Shown here: positions 37,860 through 49,413 of the stretch, one piece after another
Layout of the letters: every line of letters begins with the position of its first letter
How positions within the stretch are numbered: the stretch's first letter is position 1
NCBI RefSeq assembly: GCF_025526975.1
Contig: NW_026515670.1
Location: forward strand, 1,178,001-1,242,000
Direction of reading: 5' to 3'
Length of the DNA stretch: 64,000 nucleotides
Origin: Fimicolochytrium jonesii
Lineage: Eukaryota
Position numbers and translations under genes: made by a program
The notes under the pieces: generated by a model
The model's database searches: none
Seen by the model: the letters and a program-made list of their open reading frames with translations, nothing else
What the model was told of the DNA's origin: nothing

Positions 37860-40800
37860 ATGTCCGACAACGCAACGATCACCACATCACTTCGCCGGCA
37901 ACAATCTGGTGTCACCATGAATTCAAAGGATGCTCGCCACGATCAGCCGCCCACTGCGAGTTCGAGAAGGATGACTTCGTTTCCCAATCTTACGAGAGCG
38001 GAAAGGTTACAAATGGCAGAGGAGGAGGTGGCTGCAGCTGCACGCAATCGCTGGGCGCCCACCGTGTCATCTACAGCTCCCAACAGGACATCTCATAACA
38101 TCGGGCACAATAAACAGCACCCGCAGCAGCAAGCGCACTTTCCTCAACAATCGGCGTCTACAGCTCCCAACAGGACATTTCATAACATCGTCCAATATGC
38201 ACAGCAGCCGCAGCAGCAACCACCCTCCCTTCAGCCACCGGCTCCCGCCAATACTGGTCATGTACCCACACAAACGCAGTTTCCGCCGCACTATTCGCAA
38301 CCAATCCCTTCAGCCGGAGGCTATAGCGGTCCGCCGTATCGAAGTACTCATTCTTCTACGTCAGCCGTATACTCAGGTCATCAACAAGGACTTACGCTTG
38401 CAACCGGAGCCGCGACGAGGCCCGGTCACTATAATGGAGCTCCGCAACAATATCCAGCTGCTGCTCCCGTTCCCTCAAACGGGGCGGCTGGAGACATGCA
38501 GCAACCAATACATCATTCTAATGGCATAGTGCAGTACCCAGCATATAGAATGAACCCGGCGTACCCCGCTCCTGGGCCGACACGCTACATTCCTTATAAT
38601 CAGCAGTCATACCAAGCACCCTATGACGACCCCTCCGATTCGGACGATGGTGAAGACTTGCCTCCATCGAGATATGAGGCACAGGATCAAGCACTAGTAA
38701 TGCAAACCTCGGGGTCTCCACAACTGCCGTCATCTACTTCCACAGAGTCCTGTAATGGGCCTCCATCCGCTCCTTCCAACGGGCCCCACTTGTACGCACC
38801 ACCACCGCCCGCGCAGTCACAGCAGCACCCACCGCCTGCAGCCCCACCATATCAACCACCGCCTGCGCAGTCACAGCAGCACCCACCACCCGCGCAGTCA
38901 CAGCAGCACCAACCGCCCCCAGACCCACCATTTCAACCACCACCCGCGCATCCACAGCAACAGCCACCGCTTGGGGCACTACAGTATCAATCACCGCCCG
39001 TGCAGTCACAGCAACAACCACCGCTCGCGAACCCACAATATCAACCACCGCCCGCGCATCCACAACAACAGCCATCGCTTGCAGCCCCACAATATGAACA
39101 TTACGGACAATACCCGCAACTGCAAAATACCCATCCTCACATACCAGGCGCAGCAGGGCCGCTTTTTCCCGCACCGGGCCCAACCCCTGTGCCTTCCGAG
39201 AGCCAAAGTATGGAGCAGAAATACATCCGCATGTTGGAAGAGAAACTTGAGTTCGAACGAGAAATGAAGAAGAAGGAAGAAGCGATTGCGATTAAGGACG
39301 CTGCTTTTGCGGAAATGCAACGTAGGTTTGACGAAATCGAAGCTGAGAGGCGGGATTTAATGTCTCGCGTGTCAGACCTGGAAGCCGCCCGTGTGCAACC
39401 TCGCCAAGCTGAACTTGAGTTTACTGCTTCGTCCCCCATCTCCTTGGCAAGGGTGACGCCGGAGTCTGTCGACGATCGCAGCATACCGCCGATTGCTGCA
39501 CCTGCAGCTGAAAATCGCGGGCGCTCTTATGATATCATGGCGGACGAAGTCTCGTCCACCGATGATTCCGACGACGAAAGTCATCCTTCACCTCTCAGCT
39601 CGACTGCAGGACCAAACGGCGATTTATCCACGGCAGCAGGGGTTCCATGGACAAAGATAATCAAGGATATCTCTGGTGTCGCAACTCTCTCCAACCTAAG
39701 ACCTCAAGCACGCCAGCTACTGCAGGGCGTCGTACGCGAGTACCTGCTTCTGAAGCTCGAGCCAGAAGAGGCGCTAAAGAGCAAAATAACGGTCCGGAAG
39801 AAAAAGGTGATGGCGGTTCCAAAGCGACTTGTCTCCCACTTTACCGACTGGATAATTGCCCGGTTGGATGGAGGTTTGTTGGATCCTGTCACCGGACAGA
39901 AGCGGAAGCGGTCTGCAGCTGGCTTGGACGAGGAGGATGCACCTGTACAAAACGATGGACTTGAAGCAGGCCCAGCTGACCCTGCAGGCCCCAATGGAGA
40001 ACCTAGTTTCAAAAAGCCATTTTTGAAACCGGACGATGTTGGTTCCTGGCCCTCTACTACTGCGAATAAAGGCGCTGCGGCCATGGAACGCCCCTCTACT
40101 ACCGCTGACACCATTACTGCAAATCCGGTTCACGCCGCCGCTTCAACCCGCCATCCTTACGTGGACGATGTTGGACGCCTGCCCTCGAGCACTGCGAATA
40201 AAGACGCTGCCGCCCTCCAATACCCCTCTACTACCGCTGCCACCATCGCTGAGAAACACGCCTATCCGGCTCACCCCGTGGCTCCAACCCGCCAACCTGA
40301 CATGGATACTGTTGGTTCCCGGCCTTCTACCACTGCGATCAAAGGTGCCACCTTCGAATACCCGTCCACTACTATTGGAAGCGCCACCACTGCAAACACC
40401 GCCTATCCGGTCCACGCCGTAGCTTCAGCCCGCCAACCTGACATGAGGCAGTTCCGCAACAACACACTGGGCCTGCCATGGCAAGAAGTCATCCTGATGA
40501 GATACCCGACTTTCCATGGATTCACTCAGGCGATGGCGATCTTCACCAAACAGTTCCTGACCGCCAATGGTGTGGCAGAAAGCACTATGCGATTAAGTGG
40601 TCAGCACGGGAAAGTGGGTTTCGCGATACCGCAGCGGCTGTTCGAAGCGTATACCGACATTTTCGAAGGGACATTTGCGGACGTATGTCAAGGCCTTAGG
40701 AGAGTGGGAGAGCCGGGCCAACGCAACATCGAGGAGGAAGGGACGATGGTCGATGCGATCGGTAGCCCCGAGGTCCCATATGAGGCACATCCACAGCAAC

Positions 40801-43091
40801 GGCCCGGCTTGCGCGCTCACGGCGACTTGCCCACCTCCAAGTCATCCACCGTCACCGCCGACCTCATTACCTTCAGCAACAACGCAATGAGTATGCAATC
40901 AGGACATACTATAGTCTACATCGACCCCAACACACGTACTTCTCACTCAACTTCTTTGACTGCCTGGACCGACTTAGTCCGAGCGCGCTACCCGCGCTGG
41001 GCCAACGGTGTCTTCATGAAGCAGGGAGGTGGCGGGAAAGTCCAAAAAAGAATGCGCGAGGGGATCAAACGCTTTTTGGAGGTAGAGTTGCGCCAAATGA
41101 ACCTGACCGTTGAGGCTTGCATGGCTAAGAGTGGTCGGAGACGAGGATCGGGGAGGAAGGTTATGGCTGTGCCCGGGTGCTGTGAGCCGGCGTTTTGGAG
41201 ATGGTTTGATGAGTTCAAGCGCGTGGAGTTGGGCATAGGGGCCGAGGATGTGGATGAGGTTGAGGATGCACCGCATGAGGTGGAAGCGAGAGATGAAGGG
41301 CATGGCGGTGATTCGGCAAAGAGGTTGGGAGGGGAGTCGATGGCCGATGTTCAGCTACCGAGGATAACTCAAAATGTGCCTGATTCAGCGGAGAGGCCGG
41401 GAGGGGAGTCAATGGCTGATGCTCAACTGCCGAGGACAACTCAAGCTGTGCCTGATTGGGGGCCGGCGCAATTCGTCGGACGACGAGGAATCATTAGCAC
41501 TTCACCCAACAGCAGCTCGGCACCAATGGCGGCAGTATTGGCAAAAAACTTCGGCCGCTTCGAGGCAAATATAACCGAGCTGGTTCAAATGGCAGCCACG
41601 CCCTCAACATCAACCGTAAGATATCAGCCACCCAACGACTGCAACGAAGCTTCTCGGCCGAGGGAATGGGCCCACCCTCCGTTCGCAGTTCCGCAACAAC
41701 CTTCGTATGGCTCTTTGAACACACTGCCTACCGAACGTATCAGCAGTGGCTCCAATCCGGATATGACACTTGCGCAACCCACCGACCCGATCGAGGTCTT
41801 TCGGCCAAGCGGAGGCGCTCATCCTCCGTTCGCAGTTCCGCCTCAAAATTCAAACGGGGCTGTGACCACAGTACCCACCGAATGGATGACCAATGGCTTT
41901 AATCCCGATAGGAGATTTGCGCCACCTAACGACGGGAACGAGGCCTTCCGGCCCGGTGAGGGCGCTCATCCTACTTCCTCAGTACCGTTCCACCCTTCAC
42001 AAGGCTCATTGGCCACACTAGGCGCCCATCCCCCTCCGTTCTCAGTCCCGCATCACTCTTCGAACGGGTCTTCCATACCACCCACCGGAGCAAATCCGAA
42101 TATGAGTTGGAATGATGTGGTGGCGCGGAGCCACAGTAGAGGTGTGATCTCAGGAATGCACTCGACAAGCCAGCAAATGAACTTGGTGGATCCGGGTTCA
42201 GCGCCATACACTTACATGCCCACGACCGCAACACAGCGCCCGCCAGAGCCCTCTGAGGGTGGAGAAAGACCCGCGCCACCGACGCTTCGGCACGCCTCAA
42301 GGATGGTGGCGTTCCCTACCATGCCCGCGCCCACGATGCAATGTTTGCCAGAAAATTACGGTTCGTCCTCGGCGGGTGGAGAACTATCGGCTTTGCAGGA
42401 TTCCCTCCAAAATCCTACCGACATTGACGAGCATCCACCCACCGCACCTTCGACGCCGCCAAAAATGCAAGAGCATGAGCCCTCCGCGACAGATGCGGAA
42501 CAACCAGCCGAATCGACGGAAGCGGAACCATCTTTCAAAGAGATCGAAATGATCGAGGTGAAGTCTGACACGGCTTCCCTGTGTAGCGAGGATGATGACG
42601 ATGACGACGACGAGGACCTAGATGACATGGCCCGACGGGAGCGGCGCCGTTCCCGCAAGAGCATATTTGTCCCTCCCAACAGGAAACTGTCGAACCGCGA
42701 GAAGCACCGTATGCTAGACACCATTGTATGGGTCCATATCGACAACATAACCGGCAAATTCTTCGAAGAAGGCAAGCACGATAAGGATATCACCGCTTTG
42801 TACGCTAATAAAGCCGAAGCTGAACCTGCGCAAGGTGACGATGGTACGCTGACGACTCCCCCGAGATCCATCGGATACTGGGAGGCGGACCGGGATTTTA
42901 AGGACCGCCATAAACCGCCCCTTGATAAAAATGTTTTCAAGGACAAAGAAACTGCGGTTCAGTCACTTTGGGATGAGCACCAAGACGGGTGGAATGTGCG
43001 TGTGCAGTTGAAGCGTGAAAGCTTCCTGAGCTGTCTAACGGGGAGAAGACTTTACGAACCAAAGAAACGTCCCAAAGAAGACGTCGGGTGA
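37860..43091 (+). CDS. Large P/Q-rich hypothetical protein with coiled coil, internal tandem repeats and three copies of an unnamed ~70-85 aa domain; 3' end may extend to ~43382
   Basis: Uninterrupted 1743-codon ORF with an NLS-like KRKR and an acidic tract. Repeated motif W..(I/V)(I/V)....(F/Y)L....(K/G).A(V/I)P.....F..W. Confidence 0.85.
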   Translation: MSDNATITTSLRRQQSGVTMNSKDARHDQPPTASSRRMTSFPNLTRAERLQMAEEEVAAAARNRWAPTVSSTAPNRTSHNIGHNKQHPQQQAHFPQQSASTAPNRTFHNIVQYAQQPQQQPPSLQPPAPANTGHVPTQTQFPPHYSQPIPSAGGYSGPPYRSTHSSTSAVYSGHQQGLTLATGAATRPGHYNGAPQQYPAAAPVPSNGAAGDMQQPIHHSNGIVQYPAYRMNPAYPAPGPTRYIPYNQQSYQAPYDDPSDSDDGEDLPPSRYEAQDQALVMQTSGSPQLPSSTSTESCNGPPSAPSNGPHLYAPPPPAQSQQHPPPAAPPYQPPPAQSQQHPPPAQSQQHQPPPDPPFQPPPAHPQQQPPLGALQYQSPPVQSQQQPPLANPQYQPPPAHPQQQPSLAAPQYEHYGQYPQLQNTHPHIPGAAGPLFPAPGPTPVPSESQSMEQKYIRMLEEKLEFEREMKKKEEAIAIKDAAFAEMQRRFDEIEAERRDLMSRVSDLEAARVQPRQAELEFTASSPISLARVTPESVDDRSIPPIAAPAAENRGRSYDIMADEVSSTDDSDDESHPSPLSSTAGPNGDLSTAAGVPWTKIIKDISGVATLSNLRPQARQLLQGVVREYLLLKLEPEEALKSKITVRKKKVMAVPKRLVSHFTDWIIARLDGGLLDPVTGQKRKRSAAGLDEEDAPVQNDGLEAGPADPAGPNGEPSFKKPFLKPDDVGSWPSTTANKGAAAMERPSTTADTITANPVHAAASTRHPYVDDVGRLPSSTANKDAAALQYPSTTAATIAEKHAYPAHPVAPTRQPDMDTVGSRPSTTAIKGATFEYPSTTIGSATTANTAYPVHAVASARQPDMRQFRNNTLGLPWQEVILMRYPTFHGFTQAMAIFTKQFLTANGVAESTMRLSGQHGKVGFAIPQRLFEAYTDIFEGTFADVCQGLRRVGEPGQRNIEEEGTMVDAIGSPEVPYEAHPQQRPGLRAHGDLPTSKSSTVTADLITFSNNAMSMQSGHTIVYIDPNTRTSHSTSLTAWTDLVRARYPRWANGVFMKQGGGGKVQKRMREGIKRFLEVELRQMNLTVEACMAKSGRRRGSGRKVMAVPGCCEPAFWRWFDEFKRVELGIGAEDVDEVEDAPHEVEARDEGHGGDSAKRLGGESMADVQLPRITQNVPDSAERPGGESMADAQLPRTTQAVPDWGPAQFVGRRGIISTSPNSSSAPMAAVLAKNFGRFEANITELVQMAATPSTSTVRYQPPNDCNEASRPREWAHPPFAVPQQPSYGSLNTLPTERISSGSNPDMTLAQPTDPIEVFRPSGGAHPPFAVPPQNSNGAVTTVPTEWMTNGFNPDRRFAPPNDGNEAFRPGEGAHPTSSVPFHPSQGSLATLGAHPPPFSVPHHSSNGSSIPPTGANPNMSWNDVVARSHSRGVISGMHSTSQQMNLVDPGSAPYTYMPTTATQRPPEPSEGGERPAPPTLRHASRMVAFPTMPAPTMQCLPENYGSSSAGGELSALQDSLQNPTDIDEHPPTAPSTPPKMQEHEPSATDAEQPAESTEAEPSFKEIEMIEVKSDTASLCSEDDDDDDDEDLDDMARRERRRSRKSIFVPPNRKLSNREKHRMLDTIVWVHIDNITGKFFEEGKHDKDITALYANKAEAEPAQGDDGTLTTPPRSIGYWEADRDFKDRHKPPLDKNVFKDKETAVQSLWDEHQDGWNVRVQLKRESFLSCLTGRRLYEPKKRPKEDVG

Positions 43092-44363
43092 ATACGGAAC
43101 CCACACCTGGTTTGTCCACGGACCAAACCGCGTAAGGGTGAGATGGGTGTATGGCCACAGGCCAGATGGACTTGCCTGTGGGGGGTCAGATAGGTTACGT
43201 ATGGTGCGCAGGCGTAGATGTATGCGGCATATCCAGTCATATATGTTTTCTTTTTTGGCTTTATCTTTTCTTTTTTAGCCGCGCAGAGCACCATGCCCGA
43301 GTTCTCTTTCATCGATTTCGGACTCGCGCTGCTGGAGAGGGATGCGCAGGGGAAAGTTGTTGGGTTCGATAGAGCTGCATGAGATGCTGCTGCTGATGGG
43401 AAAGGAAAGGATGCTGCGTCCGATTTCAATGCGACTATCGCGAACATAGCACACATTCCTTCTACAACGGGAATCGGTTGATGGATGTGCCGGACGGGTT
43501 CCAGAAATGGACGGGATTGCCGTTCGAGTCGGAAGCCGCCGTCTGATATGTGGTAGGGCTGCGACTATGAAGTCGGAGCGTGGTTGCTGAACATTTCAAC
43601 AGCGCGTTACATTCACAACAAGGAAGCTGTCAATCACTGACCAAACGGCCAAAACTGACATTGTTGCCTCCACCTTTTCCCCATGTGCCCCATTTTGCCA
43701 TGCAAAATAGTAATCAGTGCTTCCCTGGGCGTTCGTGCAGACAGATTTCTCAACGGAAAGGCAATTTTGGTAAACGACGCAAGAGCAGCGGTCACCCTTC
43801 CTTGTCGCCCAAACCAACACACATGCGATGAAGGCTTATAAACTTCCGGCGCTCTTTCATGCCAGTGTCCAAGCCATAGTACCGGCAGGCAGGAAGGCTT
43901 AGACTACTCTCACAATCTCATTTGATTGCGGAGTTTGCTTGGAGCATTCCTCACGCTGCTCGTTGTTCCTACCTTTTCGCTTCTGTCGAGCAATGTCCCG
44001 AACGACGCATTCAAAGGTCTTTTCGATGTACACCCTGTCGGAAAACCGTTCTCGGAGATCTTTCTACCGCTGGTTCTTCCTCTCACGGGGATATCATGTT
44101 GCGAAGAGTGCATAAGCGATGAGTTCGGCGTCGGGCGGTTTTGCTCAGAAAACTACCAATACCCTCCTCGAGTAGTCATCAGAACCTTTTTCTTGGGGAC
44201 ATATAAGCAGCATCATTCTCCACCACTACGGCGCTTCGTAGAAGCAACACCCCAACCAACATCAACATCGAACAAAGCACAATATTGCATCCTCCAATCC
44301 GTAATCCGCCCATCGACGCCTCGGACATCCGTGATTTGCCACTCAAATACCTACGACATCAAC

Positions 44364-44852
44364 ATGTCAAATCTACTATGGGTCCCACGACTCATGGTTA
44401 AAATGCTAGGCCCTAAGCGGCGATCCACAGGCACTGACTCCTTCTTCTCCCGCTCACATTCCGAAACAACCCGGCAACCAGCCCCCTCGTCCACTACCGT
44501 CCACCACCACCACAACTACAGCACGCTAAACCCTCTCACTGGTAACCCAAACCCCGCTGCAGATGCGCCGGGCCGCTACGGTGCCGACAGCCTGCCCTCA
44601 CGAACAAACGGGGAGGAATACGAGCGCCTTCGGCGGAATTTTCGGGCGTGGGTGTGCACGTTTGTGATTGTGATGTGCCTATGTGCGGTGAATATTTTGG
44701 CATTGGATGTGATGTGGGCCAAGAAGGGCGGGTTTGGAAGGTCAACGAATTCGACGGAGGTGGCGTTGCAGATGATGGGGAGTCAAAGTAGTACTAGTAG
44801 CGCAAAGAATGCAACAAGTTCGACTCCGAAATTTGGTGGGGCTATCGGGTAG
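44364..44852 (+). CDS. Small hypothetical single-pass membrane protein
   Basis: ATG at 44364 in aacATG context, downstream of a TATA-like CATATAAG at ~44200. One hydrophobic segment AWVCTFVIVMCLCAVNILALDVMW and an S/T-rich tail. Confidence 0.5.
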   Translation: MSNLLWVPRLMVKMLGPKRRSTGTDSFFSRSHSETTRQPAPSSTTVHHHHNYSTLNPLTGNPNPAADAPGRYGADSLPSRTNGEEYERLRRNFRAWVCTFVIVMCLCAVNILALDVMWAKKGGFGRSTNSTEVALQMMGSQSSTSSAKNATSSTPKFGGAIG

Positions 44853-45357
44853 ATGGAAATACGTTCAAGGGATGTAAATGTAATCCACAGTGTCTAATCT
44901 GGATTCGGAGTCTAATCTCTCATGAGGTAGTAACTATTAAGTAGATACAAAATCATAGTTTACACCCTCGCTAATCTGCCCAGAACATGGCTGACGTTGG
45001 TGTGCTGCTTCCCCGACATGCTGCCGGCTTGTAGGGGTTGGCGGAGCGCATTGGACATGGGCGTCGACGGAAGAACAGCGCGAATGGGTGCGACTGATAC
45101 CATATACCCCGCAAATACAACACCACAGACAGTACCACCACTGCTCATATTCACAAACGAGACTACAAGATACAGCGTGAAACACTCCATCCAAATCAAT
45201 CAACCCATTCTCGCTTATTCCACAACCACACCGGTTACTAGCGACCGGCTAGCCAACTCTCACGACTATGCTCCTGCCACCCAAATGTATTGCCCGAGCC
45301 GCCGATTATTTCCTCCAATCCCCACATAGTGTAGCAATAGACACTTTTTTGTTGTTT

Positions 45358-48216
45358 TCACCACACGCCATCCAAAAACCCAATTCCGTTCTTGATAGGT
45401 GTCACCATCGCCGCCGTCCTATCCCTCTCATCGCCCAATCCCAACCCTCCAAACCCACCCAACAGGCCTTCTCCAACGCTACCCGAAGCGACAGGCGATC
45501 CTCGTTGCTGTAGGCCATGCTGCTGCTGTAACATCGACGGCATCCGATTAGACCCTGTACCCGTCGGCGTGCTTGGCGGGCGTCCACCATTCCCATTCGA
45601 ATGCTGTACGTGTGTATGACCGGCCCATAGAGCGTTTTGTGGGCTCACAAGGCCAGCAACGTCCAGTACTCCGCTGCCGATTACGTTCGTACCGCTGTTC
45701 CCCGAGCCGGCAGACTGATGCCCCTGTCTAATGCCATGCAAATTCGTATTCATGCCCGGTGTATTCGCACCTGGCGGGGTTGCTGATCGCGAGAGTGCGC
45801 GGGAGGGCAAGCCTGAGGAGGTGAGGGAAGGCAGGGAGGAAGCCAACGTGGGATCGTAGATCATGATGATCGAATCGTCGTCATCGTAAAGGGACATTGG
45901 ACTACCTGGGCTGTCGACAATTGCCGTTGGAGCGAGACGACGAGCCGCTGTGGAAGATGGCCTACGAGAGAGAAGGTGTCAGCCCATGTCTGCATTATCC
46001 GTTACTGTTTGACGGGTGCTAATACCTGTTACTGCCTGGTGTCCGGTCTTTGGGAGTCAAGCGAGATTCGCCGGGAGCGAACGGGGAACTATAAGGTAAC
46101 CATGCGATCAATGAACAGCTGTTCTGCGATGGGCCTGTTTTCCCTCTGATGACACCTACTGCTTCACCGGGGTGCTATTAGCGAGAACCGAGTGTGACTG
46201 AACCTCGTTAATTTTGGAAATCGGCGACAAGAGGTGTGCACCAACCGGAGTAGGTTCTCTAAAAGGCAAAGGAAGATACCAGTGAGCCAAGAGAGCCAGC
46301 GCTATACTTCGAACCGGTTTGAACATACTTGAATGGAGACGCAAGGACTTTAGACCGAGGCGACGGGGTAAATGGCGAATCTGAAAGATTCTGAGAGGCC
46401 ACAGCGCTAATGACGACATCACTTAGTGTGGACAATAGACCTGGAGAAGTACACAGACACCTACCCCCAAGCCATTTCCACCGCCTCCGAAATCCGGAGC
46501 TTGTGCCCAAACTTCTCGTCCAGCTTCTCAATGTCGAACTGCGCCCACGAGTACTGAGTGTCGCGTTTGGGCGGGCTCAGTCCAAACCCTTCAAACGTCT
46601 CGTTCGGTCGCAGCTTTCTGGCAAACTTTTGGTCCAGCTCGTCAAGTGAGAAGTCGGCCCAAGACGGGAAGCCTGGGTTGGTTAGGTTCGGCGTGTCATC
46701 GAAAAGGTTCCTGGAGAAGTGAGAGAACATTGGGTAAGTGACGGGCCGAAACTTAAAATCGAATACCAAACTAGAACTCAGGTACCTTGCAGCCAATGGC
46801 TTACTCCAACGAGTATCGATGGGTTGTGGCGGTTCTGACATATTCATTGGTCTGGCAGATGGATCAAACGGCGAACTTGACTGCCGTGGCTTTTGCTGTG
46901 TCATGCCTGGTAAGTCCCAGCCAGTCTGTTCCTCGCTAGTACCCTCCGGTGGATCCCAAGCGTGAAGCTCCCGGCGCCATTGGCGAATAAGACCGTCCCA
47001 GCATCTTTTACTGCATTTTGTTTCCTTCTTCGGTGTTTCTGGATCCGATCTCTTTCTCCTTTGTCTGTAAACGAAGCGGTTGAGTTATGATTGCACATTC
47101 CTTAGGTGTCAGGAACTGCATCTTCCAACTCACTTTGGGATCATTGCTATATATCTCTGGTATCCAGCGGTGTTCTGTATGATAAATGAACGAGCTCCCT
47201 GTAAGCACCCGGCCAGGCACCTTGTATAGCCGCGGAGGTTGAGACTAACCTTCCCATAGTCGATCTGTTTCTGTCTTTGTTCCATCCTCCTCTCTTCCGT
47301 ATTCGACGAGTTCTGAGAACCCGGCGGAGTTGAAGCGCTTGAGTTTGACTTGGCGGCGTAGCCTCTGTGATTCCGATCTATCCTTCGACCTCCACCAGGT
47401 CCAGATTGGCGACCACCGCTTCCCATTGACGCTTGCGTGACTATGGATCCCATATATGAAATGGACGAGTCTGCGTGCGTATAGTCGGAAGACGCGCCGA
47501 TGGAACCCGCGATCGACTGATTGTCGGATTCCGTGCCCGTCCGATAGTCAATATCTTGACTTTGATTGTACATGACAGGGGTATCGTAATCGTCGGTGAA
47601 AACATATGGGACCGTACCTGCAAGTTCGTCAGAGAGTTAGCTATATGATGTCCTTGGCTGCGAAATTGACAGCGCATTTCTCACCTTGTTCGAAATTCGA
47701 CGCCGAGCTAAAGCCAGCCATGTACATGGCATTGGGATCGTATGCCGCATATTGTGTGGCCGGGTATACCAGTGCTACTGAAGATGCTGGCTGCCCATAT
47801 GCTCCTTCACCAGGCACTGTCGCGTAGACCGGTTGAACTGGCGGGACCGCATAATACGCCGGCACTTGCGCTGGGCCACCGTACTGCGAAGGTGCGAATG
47901 GCGAGCCTCGGTTGGCTCCTCTGCCTGGCCTACGACCAAGTGAACGAGGTCTGAACGGAGGACCACCTCGTGATTGGGCTCCGCCGACCGATTGCGGTTT
48001 GGGTCCTGACCCTTCTAGTGGGACATAGACTGGAGCGTCGAGGTTCCACGACGCCCTCTTGGTGCTACTGCTGGTGCCGCTGGGAAGGTTTGACGAGTCA
48101 TGAGTGTTCTCTTTACCAGCTGCCGAGTCGTCCGCGGGTGGAGGTGTGCTTGCTGGCTGTGGTCGTGGTCCCGGATGGGATGATGCTGGTGCTGGTGCTG
48201 CCTGTACAGACGACAT
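45358..48216 (-). CDS. Multi-exon hypothetical low-complexity protein with PAM2 (PABP-interacting) motif
   Basis: Consecutive minus-strand ORFs with splice signals. The first exon has ASWNLDAPVYVP (PAM2-like) followed by RGG and P/Y/Q-rich tracts. Exon structure is not fully resolved. Confidence 0.6.
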
Positions 48217-49340
48217 GTCTATGCGTGATCTCTTGCGTGCAGCTTCTCCGCTGGGCTTCCGGATAAGTGCGATGCGCCGACAATAGGCTTCACACGCAGC
48301 GTCATTAAGTTACGCCAGCAGCGCTCTCTCTGTGCGTTGTGTCGGGGAAAACGCTGGCCCACACGGGTGTCAGTCACCTTGGCCAGGCAGCGTTCCGAAC
48401 GCCATTTATCATCAGAACAGCAGAAGCCCCGTAAGTCTACGATCGTAAGTCTCCGTAAGTCACGGCGCCTCAACATCGGGGACATAATCATGCAATTTAA
48501 ACCCTCCTCCCTTGCGCTCCGGTGTGGCGATGGAAATAAGTACAGTACTATATAGGCCATCTTGGAGAAAATAAAGAGCATGACGTTGGAGGAAAGTGGC
48601 TGGGCCCGCTTCTTCCAAGTTCCAACGTCGTTCGTTAGCTGGACACCGGGGACGGGCAACTCGTTATTTCGGACACGCCTGGCCGACATGGTGCCAGTTC
48701 TGTGTGTTGCCGGTTCTCGGTTTTCTCTCCGAGCATACGGTACACATAACGGCATTCGACAGTGCCCTCGCTCCAGTCTCGGCAGTGTTAGGTCGCAGCA
48801 GGAAGTATGTGGTACCGTGCTGCGACGCAGTACGCTTCATCGGTCGCGTCGCCTATATTTGAGCGGATGAGACGGTTGACGTGTCCCGGAGGACCCTCGG
48901 CCGGCCTAAGATCCATCCGTATATTGCGAATTGTCATTGGGTAGTCTAAACTCTAAATATGCTCCATTGGTTCAGTGGTTCGACAATACTATCGTGTACC
49001 GAGAGGTGGCAGCGCTTTCAGCCACATACAGCGGAACATCATGCCATGGGCCATAGGTACTCTCGGTGAGATTTGGGCTCCAATCGGAATGGAGGGAACG
49101 AACCGGTATGGCAAGGCAGGGTAGTACTATTGCAGAGCGGTTCTTTGAAAAGGTCCTTTGTTACTGGGCGTCGATTTGCAAACGATGATGTAGGCCCAGG
49201 ATTGATTGTCTAGTACATTTACATAGTGGTATAGATCCTACCACTATATTCCCGTACTGAATAGTGCAAGCGACCTTATGAGGCGAAAAAATGAGGACTG
49301 ATGGGGAGGAACTAAAAAAGATGGCGGGAAAAAAACTACC

Positions 49341-49413
49341 AGCTCTCGCCGAGATTCGAACTCGGGTTATTAGATTCAAAGTCTAATGTGCTAAACCACT
49401 ACACTACGAAAGC
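49341..49413 (-). tRNA. tRNA-Gln(TTG)
   Basis: GCTTTCG-TA-GTGT..GCAC-A-TTAGA-CTTTGAA-TCTAA-TAAC-CCGAG-TTCGAAT-CTCGG-CGAGAGC-T, with a T7 terminator downstream. Confidence 0.95.
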
